DNA of 64,000 bases, taken from assembly GCA_032250835.1 (NCBI GenBank), contig JAVVEA010000001.1, positions 448,001 through 512,000 of the forward strand. The letters run 5' to 3'. Position 1 is the first letter of the stretch. Each line of letters opens with the position of its first letter. Source of the DNA: a bacterium (GTDB taxonomy: Bacteria > SAR324 > XYD2-FULL-50-16). Below, piece after piece: positions 18,337 through 30,343 of the stretch. Position numbers and translations under genes: made by a program. The notes beneath the pieces were generated by a model, which worked only from the letters and a program-made list of their open reading frames with translations, was not told the origin of the DNA and did no database searches.

Positions 18337-19761
18337 ATGAAAACCAAAAAGCTTGATTTAGCCATCATCGGTGCGGGCAGTGCCGGGATGGCCGCCTATT
18401 CTGTCGCCCGCCACCATACCGAATCTTTGGCGTTGATTGAGGGGTATCAATACGGCACCACCTGTGCCCGAGTCGGCTGTATGCCGAGCAAGCTGCTGAT
18501 CGCTCCGGCCGAGTTGGCCCACCGCACCTCGGGCGCAGAGGCCTTTGGCTTAAAGTTATCCGGCCCTTTACAGATAGACGGCCCCGCGTTGCTCAAACGG
18601 CTGCGCGCCGAACGGGATCGGTTTGTGGGTTTTGTTTTAGACAGCATCGACGAAATCCCCGCGGAGCATAAGCTTTGGGGCCAAGCCCGTTTCATTGGCC
18701 CTGACCGGTTGCAGCTTTCAGAAGACCTAGAAATCCAAGCTAAGGCCTTTGTGGTGGCTACCGGCTCGATCCCGGTGATCCCGCCGCCTTACCGCGACTT
18801 GGGTGATTTACTCTTAAGTACCGACGAGATATTTGAACTAGAAGACCTACCTCGTTCGGTCGCTGTCATTGGCCCCGGTGTGATTGGCCTAGAAATAGGT
18901 CAAGCCTTATCCCGCTTAGGTGTAGAGGTAGGACTGTATGGATTGGGCGGTCTCTTTGGCCCCTTTAGTGACCCCGATATGCGCCAATTGGCGCTCAAGG
19001 CATTCTCAGAAGAACTCGAAATCCACGCCGATGCTCAGGAGCTAAAAGCCCAACGGATTGGACAGGAAGTAGAAATTAGCCACTTGGTCAACGGGCAGGT
19101 ACAACGCCGCCGCTTTGAAAGGGTCTTAGTGACTACCGGCCGCAAACCCCGACTAGAGGGGTTGGACTTGGCAGTAACGGGCCTAAAGCTAGACAAAAAA
19201 GGCAGGCCCCCGCTGGACCCTAAAACCCTACAATGCGGCGACTTGCCCATTTTCCTGGCCGGAGACGCTAGCCAACTCAGGCCCCTGCTACATGAGGCGA
19301 TTGAACAGGGAAAACAGGCAGGAAAAAACGCCGCCCTTTACCCAAAAATAACCGGAGGATGGGACCGAACCCCGCTGGCGGTGGTCTTTTCGGACCCCCA
19401 AATCGCCATAGTGGGCAAAGGCTTTGCCGACTTAGAGCCCGGATGTTTTGCCCAGGGTGAGGTGGACTTTGCCAACCAAGGCCGCAGCCGAGTTATGCTA
19501 AAAAACCTGGGGGTACTCAGGCTTTATGCTGCGATGGCCGACGGCAAGTTACTCGGGGCCGAGTGCTTCGGGCCCGATGCGGAACATTTAGCCCACCTGC
19601 TGGCCTGGGCCATTGAGGTAGACTCTACGGTGGATCAGCTCTTGCAGCGCCCCTTTTATCATCCCGTCATCGAAGAGGGATTACGGACCGCCCTGCGCGA
19701 CCTGCGTAAAAATCTGCACCAACCAGGCCGGACCGACTGCCCTTGCTGCCCTGGGGAGTGA
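18337..19761 (+). CDS. Dihydrolipoamide dehydrogenase-like flavin disulfide reductase
   Basis: GAGSAG, TTCARVGCMPSK, GPGVIG, AGD, HPVIEE; C-terminal DCPCCPGE; start moved to ATG 18337. Confidence 0.88.
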   Translation: MKTKKLDLAIIGAGSAGMAAYSVARHHTESLALIEGYQYGTTCARVGCMPSKLLIAPAELAHRTSGAEAFGLKLSGPLQIDGPALLKRLRAERDRFVGFVLDSIDEIPAEHKLWGQARFIGPDRLQLSEDLEIQAKAFVVATGSIPVIPPPYRDLGDLLLSTDEIFELEDLPRSVAVIGPGVIGLEIGQALSRLGVEVGLYGLGGLFGPFSDPDMRQLALKAFSEELEIHADAQELKAQRIGQEVEISHLVNGQVQRRRFERVLVTTGRKPRLEGLDLAVTGLKLDKKGRPPLDPKTLQCGDLPIFLAGDASQLRPLLHEAIEQGKQAGKNAALYPKITGGWDRTPLAVVFSDPQIAIVGKGFADLEPGCFAQGEVDFANQGRSRVMLKNLGVLRLYAAMADGKLLGAECFGPDAEHLAHLLAWAIEVDSTVDQLLQRPFYHPVIEEGLRTALRDLRKNLHQPGRTDCPCCPGE

Positions 19762-21078
19762 CTAAAGGCCGAAGCTGGCCAAAAGGTCGTCCACTCCGGC
19801 ATTGTCGGCCTTGGGTTCAAGGGTCTTTGGCGCGCTTTCATTGCTTTGGGTGGACTTAAAGAAGGCGGCAAACTGCTCGGCTAATTCCCCTCCGGCGTGA
19901 TGGGTCCTCTGACGTGGAGCCACATGTAATTGGCCTAAGAAACTTACGGTGCTCGCAATCACCTGATTGGCGGCCCCCATCATCTCGATCAAGGCTTCGC
20001 AAAGCAACAGCGCCAGATGGGCCATAGCAAAGTGGCTGGTGAAGAGTCCCTGCTCTTCGAAGCGGCGAATCAAAGCGCTGGGACTCCAACAGCCGCGCTC
20101 GTCTTGGGCGGCCAATAATTCTTCTAGGCTCACCGGGCGAGGTAAATTGGCTTGAGATAATATTCTTTGGTGCAGTTGGCCTAAACAACGGGCCATCATC
20201 ATCACTTCAGGCAAGTCTTCTAAGGACTGTAAGCTCTGTTTATAGCCCGGCAGATACCTAGCGGATTCACGCAGCCGTTTGAGCAATTGATAAAGCCATT
20301 CCTGATCCGGCAAGCGGCCCAGCGCCTGCTGGGCTACCAAATCTTCGTACACCCGGCGGCTGTCCACTTGATTTTCAACGACACATTCGTCTCTAAGTCG
20401 GTGGCCCAAATCGCGCAGAAAACGCTGCCAAAGCCTGGGTTGGCGGAGTTCGGTTTGGAGGTGGTTTTCCACCAGTTCGTTAAAGAGCCGGGTGGTGAGC
20501 ACCGCCTTTTTGTGGATGCTGGCGGACTTAAGCATCCCCCGAGCTTTGTAGCTTAGTTTGTGTTGGTCGTATATTAGGCGCTCTAGGCGGCCAAATAACA
20601 CTTGAGCCACCACCAGATACATATCCAGGTTTTGTTCGTACTCGCCGTCTTCAAGCCGCTTTGCAGGGTCTTCAAGGCCTTCGAGAAGGTCCGGCAGGGA
20701 AGAGAGGTCCAACCCCAATAATAAAACCTCACCTGAGGCTTGGATACTCGCCCCGCGGGGCTGTCCCAAAATACAACGTTCGCCAAAGAGCGTGAAGGGC
20801 TCGCCAAGGCTATCAATTTGTTTTTCCTGGCTGTCCCCTAAGCTGATGAAGACATCTAACTGCCCCTGCAAGAGCAAGTAAATTTCTTGGTCAAACATCC
20901 CTTCCTTCACCGGGCGGTCGTGGTTGCTTAGGGGAACAAATTTGGCGTAATCGAAGATGCGGCTGCGCAGTTCTCTGGGTAGGCCTTTAAAAAGTTCCAG
21001 TTTACCTAACAGTTCAATGAACTGCTCACGGCTTCCGGGTGCCGTATTGCGCAGGTAGTTGGTGCTTGGATGATTCAT
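19762..21078 (-). CDS. Cyclic-nucleotide-binding domain protein with a helical C-terminal region
   Basis: LELFKGL, EG..DQEIYLLLQG, FGE..PRGAS phosphate-binding cassette; ends VDDLLASFGL. Confidence 0.8.
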   Translation of the reverse strand: MNHPSTNYLRNTAPGSREQFIELLGKLELFKGLPRELRSRIFDYAKFVPLSNHDRPVKEGMFDQEIYLLLQGQLDVFISLGDSQEKQIDSLGEPFTLFGERCILGQPRGASIQASGEVLLLGLDLSSLPDLLEGLEDPAKRLEDGEYEQNLDMYLVVAQVLFGRLERLIYDQHKLSYKARGMLKSASIHKKAVLTTRLFNELVENHLQTELRQPRLWQRFLRDLGHRLRDECVVENQVDSRRVYEDLVAQQALGRLPDQEWLYQLLKRLRESARYLPGYKQSLQSLEDLPEVMMMARCLGQLHQRILSQANLPRPVSLEELLAAQDERGCWSPSALIRRFEEQGLFTSHFAMAHLALLLCEALIEMMGAANQVIASTVSFLGQLHVAPRQRTHHAGGELAEQFAAFFKSTQSNESAPKTLEPKADNAGVDDLLASFGL

Positions 21079-21139
21079 GTCCCCTCAAATCCCCTATTAA
21101 ATCAGATTAGCCCCCCAAATCTTCCGCCTTGTTTATTAC

Positions 21140-23386
<2,247 letters not shown>

Positions 23387-23404
23387 AGGGGCTCCAAAGG
23401 GGAA

Positions 23405-23429
23405 TCCGCCGCTTGAGAAAAGCGGCGGA
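23405..23429 (-). terminator. Hairpin after the cytochrome c gene
   Basis: Perfect 10-bp stem TCCGCCGCTT/AAGCGGCGGA. Confidence 0.55.
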
Positions 23430-23436
23430 GCCGGGA

Positions 23437-23748
23437 TTACTTCACCGAAGAAAGGTATTCGCCGATGGCCAAAGCTTCCTCAGCGGTCAAATTCTTAACG
23501 CCGGGATTCGACTTCATGGCGCCCGTCATTTTGCTTTCACGTTCACCAGTTTTGATTTTCATGGTTTCGTCTGCCAAAAATTTGGCGTCTTTACCGGCCA
23601 AGCTGGGGAACATCTTGCTGGCAGACGTTCCATTAGCACCATGGCACATGCCGCATTTCTTCTGGGAGTACAGCTCCTTACCGTCCATGGCCATTGCGGG
23701 AGTAGCCAAAATCGTCGCCAACAGGGCAGCAAATATCATTTTTTTCAT
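23437..23748 (-). CDS. Monoheme class I cytochrome c (c553-like)
   Basis: Signal peptide AMA; CGMCH; FPSLAG; distal Met region MTGAM. Confidence 0.93.
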   Translation of the reverse strand: MKKMIFAALLATILATPAMAMDGKELYSQKKCGMCHGANGTSASKMFPSLAGKDAKFLADETMKIKTGERESKMTGAMKSNPGVKNLTAEEALAIGEYLSSVK

Positions 23749-23816
23749 CGTAGACTTCCTAAACAGGATTGCAGGATTTCCCCCCGAGGAACCCCCAGGT
23801 CGAAATATATGGCCTT

Positions 23817-23845
23817 AGATTAAAGAACTGTAGGCCCCGCGTCAA
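23817..23845 (-). promoter_or_regulatory. Putative sigma70 promoter of the cytochrome c gene
   Basis: Minus strand TTGACG-N17-TAATCT. Confidence 0.55.
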
Positions 23846-24204
23846 GCATTCTACATGCCCTTTAAGCAAAACCGAGCCTCAGATAGGATTAAACTGTAAA
23901 GTCAAAGATTTCTAAAAAAATTCAGTGATTTCCCCTAGCTAGGCCAGGGCTTCAATTTGCTTCAAGCTAAGGTCCAAGCCCCAGTTCCAGCATTTCACCT
24001 TAGGGGGATTGTTTAGGGAAAATTCAGGATTGATAAGACAGGTGATTTTGCGTAGGTTTAGGAAGAAAATAGCCCCAAAATGGTTATGGCCTTAAGTGGC
24101 CCGTGGACTGCATATACCAGTGTCCTCCTGTCCAAGCACTCAGAGCAACCTAGCTCTGAGGTTCGCCGCCTGGGCCAAGCACCTAAAATATTTGTTCTTT
24201 ACTG

Positions 24205-25926
24205 ATGACCGAACCAGCTGCTCAAGCTACAACACAACCGCCCGGCAACAAAGCCCTGGACCAGTCACTGGCCCGCGGATTTATGCTGCTGCGTGGTCGG
24301 TTGATGAAAGCGGCGTTGAACGAACTGCAAAAGGCCCTAAAAATCGACCCGAAGGCGGCCAAAACCAGTATGAACCAGCAGTTCGGTCGGGTGTACCAGC
24401 AAAAGAGCTTCGAAGAAGCCCTCAACCTAGGCAAGTTGCTGCTCAAGATTGAGCCGCGCAATTATGTGATCCTAAACCATATGGGCAGCTGCGCGCGCCA
24501 ACTCAAGTTGCGTGACGAGGCCGAACAATATTACCGCCGCGCCCTCCAGTTCAAACCTGACTACCTCAAGGCGATTTACAACCTAGGGGCCAACCGGGCC
24601 AAGGTGGATTGGTACGACAACGCCGTTGAGGAAAACATCCGAAAACAATTGCCTCGGGTCTCCTGGTGGTTGCCTCCCTTCCAAAACACCTCAGACCTCA
24701 TGTCCGAAGTGCGCATCGAATTGGCCGAACAAGGAGAAACCGAAAGCTTCACTTCGGTCTTTAACGTCTTAACCGCACGAGTAAAAACCAACTGGAAAAA
24801 CCACCCGCCCGATAAAGTGCAGCAGGTGATCCAGGGGGACAACTTCAATCTGGCGCTTTACGTCTTTTTAGAAGGCGAGTACCCCCGGGCCGAAGAAATC
24901 TTCTGCCATTTGGCCAAACAGGCTTCTACGCTGCCTGAGGTGGCGTCTTTTTGCCTGATTTCGCGCATCATGCAAGACCCTTCGCCGGAGAATATTGAAG
25001 CGGCCGCCAAGCTGGCCGCCGAAACGCCCCACAACCGGGCTTTGCTGCAAAACCTAGGGGTGGCCTTCTTAAAGCAAAACCACCCCATTGAGGGCTACCG
25101 CTATCTTTGCCAAGCAGCCTGCCTTCTAGAGCGTTCTGAAGGGCTATATTCGGCCGTTGAAATCGCCCAGCGTGCTTCTGAATATTTGGAAAATGAGCAT
25201 TTCGATATAGCCCTCTCGTTGTACGAAGAGGTCTGCCTGATCGCCGAACGAACCGAAATCCGCGCCAAAATGGCCGAGGTCTACCGCGCCCAAGGCGACC
25301 ACGACAAAGCCATGCTCAGCTACGAAAAAATGCGCGAGGGCGGCCAAGAAGACGACCTGACCAAAACGGTGATCCAAGAGGCGCACGATGCCTACCTAAA
25401 ATTGGCCGAGCAGGCCTTAGAGGATAAAAAGTTTAAGCTCGCCCAAGACTTTAACGCCCGCGCGTTACAACTGCGCCAGGAAATCGATACGCTGCGCCAG
25501 AAGGTACGCATCTTAAGCGTCCTGAACCAACATGAGGAGGTTGAAAAGCTCGAAGAAGAGATCCAGCGGCTCAAAGTCAAGCGGGACCAAGAGGCAGCAG
25601 AGATCAAGCGGCAGAACCTGATCCGCGAGGCAAAAGTTTTTTATAAATCCAAAGATTTTTTAAAGGCCGCCCGAATCCTTGAAGATGCTTTAAACATGAA
25701 GAAGGACCGGGATGTCTTCTTGTTACTGGCAGGAATTTATAAAGGAATTAAGCACACTAGGTCCTTGAACAACCTACTCTATAAGTGGAAGACTATGCCC
25801 GAGCCCAAGGTCGAAGAAGTGACCGAAGAGGTGGTTGAAGAAGAGGTGGCAACGCCTAAAAAGGAACTGGATCAGGTTGAAGAAATCACCTCACGCCCTC
25901 AGTTTGATTTCGATCTAGACCTGTAG
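24205..25926 (+). CDS. Cytoplasmic TPR-repeat protein
   Basis: Repeated ALNELQKALKIDP and AEQYYRRALQFKPDY..AIYNLG helices; acidic tail. Confidence 0.8.
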   Translation: MTEPAAQATTQPPGNKALDQSLARGFMLLRGRLMKAALNELQKALKIDPKAAKTSMNQQFGRVYQQKSFEEALNLGKLLLKIEPRNYVILNHMGSCARQLKLRDEAEQYYRRALQFKPDYLKAIYNLGANRAKVDWYDNAVEENIRKQLPRVSWWLPPFQNTSDLMSEVRIELAEQGETESFTSVFNVLTARVKTNWKNHPPDKVQQVIQGDNFNLALYVFLEGEYPRAEEIFCHLAKQASTLPEVASFCLISRIMQDPSPENIEAAAKLAAETPHNRALLQNLGVAFLKQNHPIEGYRYLCQAACLLERSEGLYSAVEIAQRASEYLENEHFDIALSLYEEVCLIAERTEIRAKMAEVYRAQGDHDKAMLSYEKMREGGQEDDLTKTVIQEAHDAYLKLAEQALEDKKFKLAQDFNARALQLRQEIDTLRQKVRILSVLNQHEEVEKLEEEIQRLKVKRDQEAAEIKRQNLIREAKVFYKSKDFLKAARILEDALNMKKDRDVFLLLAGIYKGIKHTRSLNNLLYKWKTMPEPKVEEVTEEVVEEEVATPKKELDQVEEITSRPQFDFDLDL

Positions 25927-25956
25927 TGGACCCTACACCCTGGCATAGCTCGGCCC

Positions 25957-27243
25957 ATGGCACAGACTAAAAACCACCAGCTTAAAGAAAGCACTCCTTC
26001 GGTCAATACCAGCTTTTCTAGAGCCCAACGCCCGACCAACACCCGGGCGGCTTTAGAGGCTCAGAACTCGGCCAAAGAGCTTTCGGATATTCTGGGTTAC
26101 TTCCCCTATGGACCGGGTTTTTTGGGCGACAAGCTGATTTACGCCAAAGAAAAGAAAGGACTCTTTTCCCGCAAACCCAACAAGGACCTTAGCGACCTAC
26201 GCCGCGAAGTCAACAACTTCACCAACAAACAAGGCCTTTCGCAGTGCCGCACTGAAATCAAGAGCCTGATCAAAAGTTACCCTACCTGGGGCGAAGTCCA
26301 CGCGCTCAACGCCATCTTGGTCTTCAACGACGCCATGCAGGCGGGCTCTCAAGACCTCAACAAGCTCAAGATAATCCGTGATTCGCTGACCGAATTAGCC
26401 AAGGCCATGCATAACGGCTCGCTCAGCCTCTTTAACGTGAACTGGCTGATGGCCATGTACACCTCCTATTTGGGCTTCTTGACCGACCGCCTCAAAAGGC
26501 TCAACTCGGCGATGATGGAAATCAGCGACCCCGAAATGAACCGGCGCAAAAAGGAGTTGGATCAGCAATTGATGATGATCCGGCACTTAGGGGTGATCCA
26601 AGAACGGCAGAAGGGGCTGCGCAAGCTCAATTCGGTCCTTAAAAAGACCGGCATGTTCGTCAAACCATTGGAGCCTTTGATGATCGGCAAGGCGGCGCAA
26701 GCTTACTTGCAAGGCGGCAAAGAAAAGACCGTCGGAGATGAGCGGGTCAAAAGCGGGTTGATCTTGCAGATGCACTTCATGTTAGCCAACCTACTGGGCC
26801 ACGCGCCGATCATGTCTAACCTCGTCAAGTCCATGTTGGATATGGTCCCCGAAATCCACCGGGACTTTGTTCTGCAAAAGCGCATGGTCATGGCCAATGA
26901 GGGCAGCATCGAGTTCTATTTGGCTTTAGGCCGCAACGATACAGAGCATGCGCGGGCCTTAGTGGACCAATTGATGCTCTTCCACGCCGAAACCATTGCC
27001 CAAAACCTAAACGAAGCCTTGCTGGACCGGCCCTTCATGATCGACCCCATTTTAAAGATGGGCTACCTGATCAAAGACGCCCAACACATTATCCGTCCCG
27101 ACCAACTAGCCGCAAAGGCCCAGAAGGTGTTACCCTACCTGCGCGTACTGCTCAGTGAGCGCTGTCAGGTAGCTGGCGGTTCTCAGGTAGCGTCGGTGCT
27201 GATTTACGACATGCAACGCATCCTGGCCCGGCTGGGCTATTAA
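25957..27243 (+). CDS. Hypothetical alpha-helical protein
   Basis: 428-aa ORF, tightly packed between co-directional genes; no motif recognised. Confidence 0.7.
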   Translation: MAQTKNHQLKESTPSVNTSFSRAQRPTNTRAALEAQNSAKELSDILGYFPYGPGFLGDKLIYAKEKKGLFSRKPNKDLSDLRREVNNFTNKQGLSQCRTEIKSLIKSYPTWGEVHALNAILVFNDAMQAGSQDLNKLKIIRDSLTELAKAMHNGSLSLFNVNWLMAMYTSYLGFLTDRLKRLNSAMMEISDPEMNRRKKELDQQLMMIRHLGVIQERQKGLRKLNSVLKKTGMFVKPLEPLMIGKAAQAYLQGGKEKTVGDERVKSGLILQMHFMLANLLGHAPIMSNLVKSMLDMVPEIHRDFVLQKRMVMANEGSIEFYLALGRNDTEHARALVDQLMLFHAETIAQNLNEALLDRPFMIDPILKMGYLIKDAQHIIRPDQLAAKAQKVLPYLRVLLSERCQVAGGSQVASVLIYDMQRILARLGY

Positions 27244-27266
27244 TTCTTGTTTCTTAAGGACGCTTT

Positions 27267-28112
27267 ATGAGGTGGCCTTTTTTTTCTGGCCGCAAATTGG
27301 CCTCACTCTTGTTGACCCTCAGTATTCCTTGGACTCTACGCGCCGAGTCGCCCTGGGCCGTTTATTATTCCAACCAGCTCCCCCTAGAGACCTTCAAGCC
27401 ATACGGCCTGCTGGTCTTAGATTCCCAATACCACCCTCCGCTTGAACCCCTGAAGGCCCAAGGCAAAAAATTGCTGGGTTACATCAGCCTGGGTGAAGTG
27501 GAAAAACACCGCCACTTTTATCCCGAGGTCAAGGCCGAGGGGATTTTGCTGATGGAAAACCAGTACTGGAAAGGGAGTTATTTTGTGGACGTCCGCGATG
27601 CCCGCTGGACCCGTCGGGTGATCGAAGAGTTGATCCCCGCTTTGCTGCAACGCGGTTTTGACGGCATCTTTATCGACACCATGGACAACCCCTCCCACCT
27701 AGAGCGGATCAGACCTAAAGCGTATCAAGGAATGACCGCGGCGGCAGTTAATTTACTGCGGACCATCCGGGTCCATTTCCCTAAAATCCCCATCATGCTC
27801 AACCGGGGCTATGACCTTTACGACCAAGGCGGGGCCTACGTAGATATGTTACTGGGCGAGTCCCTTTATGCGGACTACAACTTCGAGCAGAAAACCTATC
27901 AGTTGGTAGAGCCCGAGTTATACCAACAGCAGCTAGCGATCTTCCAGAAAGTTAAATCAAAATATCCTAAATTAGAGTTATTTAGTTTGGATTACTGGGA
28001 CCCAGAAGATGTCGCGGGAATCCAGAAAATTTACGCCGAAGAACGCAAAAACGGTTTCCGCCCCTTTGTTTCGACCATTAAATTAGATATCGTCGTCCCT
28101 GAACCCCAATGA
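27267..28112 (+). CDS. pelA: PelA-type glycoside hydrolase domain (GH114/GH166-like endo-alpha-1,4-galactosaminidase), stand-alone
   Basis: Signal peptide; GYISLGE, GFDGIFIDTMD, NRG, LGES, LDYW; pel gene context. Confidence 0.85.
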   Translation: MRWPFFSGRKLASLLLTLSIPWTLRAESPWAVYYSNQLPLETFKPYGLLVLDSQYHPPLEPLKAQGKKLLGYISLGEVEKHRHFYPEVKAEGILLMENQYWKGSYFVDVRDARWTRRVIEELIPALLQRGFDGIFIDTMDNPSHLERIRPKAYQGMTAAAVNLLRTIRVHFPKIPIMLNRGYDLYDQGGAYVDMLLGESLYADYNFEQKTYQLVEPELYQQQLAIFQKVKSKYPKLELFSLDYWDPEDVAGIQKIYAEERKNGFRPFVSTIKLDIVVPEPQ

Positions 28113-30343
28113 AGCGGCTGCTGCGTCTTTTTCTGCTAGCCTTTCTTTTGGTCCCCAACCTCCGGGCAGAGCCCTTGCCTAGGGTCGTGGTCGGGCTTTA
28201 TGATGGCTCAATGGGGGCCTTTCAGTTCAGCAACATCCACCAACTAGCGGAGATGCCGCTCAATCACTTGGGGTTGATCATTCGGCCCCACGACCTCCGC
28301 GACGGCTTACCTGACTTAAGCGATGACCCACAGGTTCGCGGAATCATTAGCTGGTACCCCGAGGGGATTCAATTAAAAAACAAGCTGGCCTATCTTAAAT
28401 GGGCCCGGCAGATGGTCCGCGCCGGTAAGCGCCTGGTGATCATGGGCGATCCGGGTTTTTGGGCCTCCAGTTCAGCGGAGCTCAATGTAGAGCGCCTTTC
28501 AGGGCAGTTGTTGTCCGAAATGGGCATCCGCAATTTAGAGGACTGGGTCGAGTTGACCTATGACCACCGGTTCAGCTACGAAGACCCCAAAATGACCGGT
28601 TTCGAGCGCCAAGAACTGCGCATCAAACACCCCTATGCCCGCCTTGAACCGATCGGAAACCAAGTCCACAGCTACCTAGTCATCCAAAAGGGCTTTGATC
28701 CAGACACCGCCGCTCACTTAGCCATGGCCGGGGCCAAAGGCGGCTACGTGGCCACTGGATACGCAATGTTCCACGAGCCCGAATCCGATAACCCGGTACG
28801 CCAGTGGTTCATCAATCCCTTTGCTTTTTTTGCCCAAGCCTTCGGCACCAGCGACCTACCCAAACCCGACACCAACACCCTGGCTGGTAGCCGCATCTTT
28901 TACAGTCATATTGACGGAGACGGCTGGAACAACCGAACCCAGATGGAGGCCTACCGCCAAAGACCGATTCTCTCATCGGAGGTGATTGAAGAGGGGATCT
29001 TAAAGGCCTACCCCGACTTTCCAGTTAGCGTCTCGGCCATTGCGGCCGAATTGGACCCCCGTTGGAGCGGGACCGAAGAGGCCGAGGCGGTGGCCCGGCG
29101 TATCTTTGCGCTACCCAACGTAGAAATCGGCACCCATACCTACAGCCACCCGTTCCAGTGGAGTTTCTTCGCCGATGGCGACCCGGACAAGGAAAAACCC
29201 TACCTCCACCGCTATAAAGGGGGCGGCTGGGGCAACCGCAAGGTGATCAACAGCCTGATCTCGCTCTTCACCAAAAGCGACGAGAGCAACGTCTATAAAG
29301 AAGGATTGGGCCTCAGAGAGGATTACGACATCCCCCGGGCCTACGCCAAGCAACCCTTTGATCTGGATTTGGAAATCTCTGGGTCGGTCCAGTATATCGA
29401 GCAATTAGCGCCTAAGGGCAAAAAGGCCGCCATTTTGATGTGGTCCGGTAACACCAGCCCCTTTGAAATGGCACTCACTAAAACCCGCCAAGCGGGCCTA
29501 GCCAACATCAACGGCGGCGACTCTAGGATGGACCGCAAATACCCCTCTTATGCCTGGGTTTCTTCCCTTGGCCGGGTGGTCGGCAAAGAAGAACAAATCT
29601 ATTCATCCAATAGCAACGAAAACACCTATACAGACCTTTGGACCGGCGGGTTCCATGGATTCCGTTACTTGGCCAACACCATTTTTAACACCGAGTCCCC
29701 GATCCGCGTCAAGCCCTTCAATATCTATTACCATATGTATTCGGGCGAACGGCAAGCGAGCTTTAACGCGCTGATTGACAACATTGAACTAGCCAAGTCA
29801 CAGCGTTTGGTGCGGATAGAGGCGAGCCTGTATTCCCGCTTGGCTTCAGGCTTTTTCTCGGCCCAAATCCTACCGCTAGGTAAAGACCGTTGGGAGATAG
29901 GCCAACGCAAAGACCTACAAACCATCCGCTTTGATCAAGCCTCGCTTAAAACCGTAGACTATCGGCGCTCTAGCGGTGTGGTGGGCCACCACTACCTACA
30001 AGGCAGTCTCTATGTCTATCTAGACCAAGCCCACAACAGGCCGGTCATCGCGCTCAAGAATTTTGACCTCAACTTTGAGCCCCAAAGGGGACAAATAGCT
30101 AGGCTCGACTGGGGTACCTGGATCGTTACCGACCTAGAACGAAAGGGCCGCCAGTTTCAATTCAAAACCCGTGGCTGGGGACCGGGCCAACTGCGTTGGG
30201 TGGTGGACCCGAAGATAAAGTATCAAGTGCGGCGCGCCGATGGCGGTGCCCTAAGCTCTACCCTGGACAAAGGGATGCTGATGATCCAAATTCCCGGCAA
30301 CCAGCCTGAACCCATTGCCCTTATTGTAACCGAGATGCCATGA
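28109..30343 (+). CDS. pelA: PelA-type polysaccharide deacetylase (C-terminal part of PelA)
   Basis: Own signal peptide; MPLNHLG, WFINPF, PKPD, SHIDGDG, THTYSHPF, WSGN, NENTYT, IYYHMYSG. Confidence 0.88.
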   Translation: MKRLLRLFLLAFLLVPNLRAEPLPRVVVGLYDGSMGAFQFSNIHQLAEMPLNHLGLIIRPHDLRDGLPDLSDDPQVRGIISWYPEGIQLKNKLAYLKWARQMVRAGKRLVIMGDPGFWASSSAELNVERLSGQLLSEMGIRNLEDWVELTYDHRFSYEDPKMTGFERQELRIKHPYARLEPIGNQVHSYLVIQKGFDPDTAAHLAMAGAKGGYVATGYAMFHEPESDNPVRQWFINPFAFFAQAFGTSDLPKPDTNTLAGSRIFYSHIDGDGWNNRTQMEAYRQRPILSSEVIEEGILKAYPDFPVSVSAIAAELDPRWSGTEEAEAVARRIFALPNVEIGTHTYSHPFQWSFFADGDPDKEKPYLHRYKGGGWGNRKVINSLISLFTKSDESNVYKEGLGLREDYDIPRAYAKQPFDLDLEISGSVQYIEQLAPKGKKAAILMWSGNTSPFEMALTKTRQAGLANINGGDSRMDRKYPSYAWVSSLGRVVGKEEQIYSSNSNENTYTDLWTGGFHGFRYLANTIFNTESPIRVKPFNIYYHMYSGERQASFNALIDNIELAKSQRLVRIEASLYSRLASGFFSAQILPLGKDRWEIGQRKDLQTIRFDQASLKTVDYRRSSGVVGHHYLQGSLYVYLDQAHNRPVIALKNFDLNFEPQRGQIARLDWGTWIVTDLERKGRQFQFKTRGWGPGQLRWVVDPKIKYQVRRADGGALSSTLDKGMLMIQIPGNQPEPIALIVTEMP

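Noticed and set aside
19759-19761. Selenocysteine read-through at the TGA after CPCCPGE
   Set aside because: The TGA is not in a Cys-equivalent position and the convergent gene ends immediately after it.
24100-24177. ZTP (pfl) riboswitch suggested by CGCCGCCTGGGC
   Set aside because: The 5' GACTGGCG partner is missing and the downstream gene is unrelated to purine or folate metabolism.
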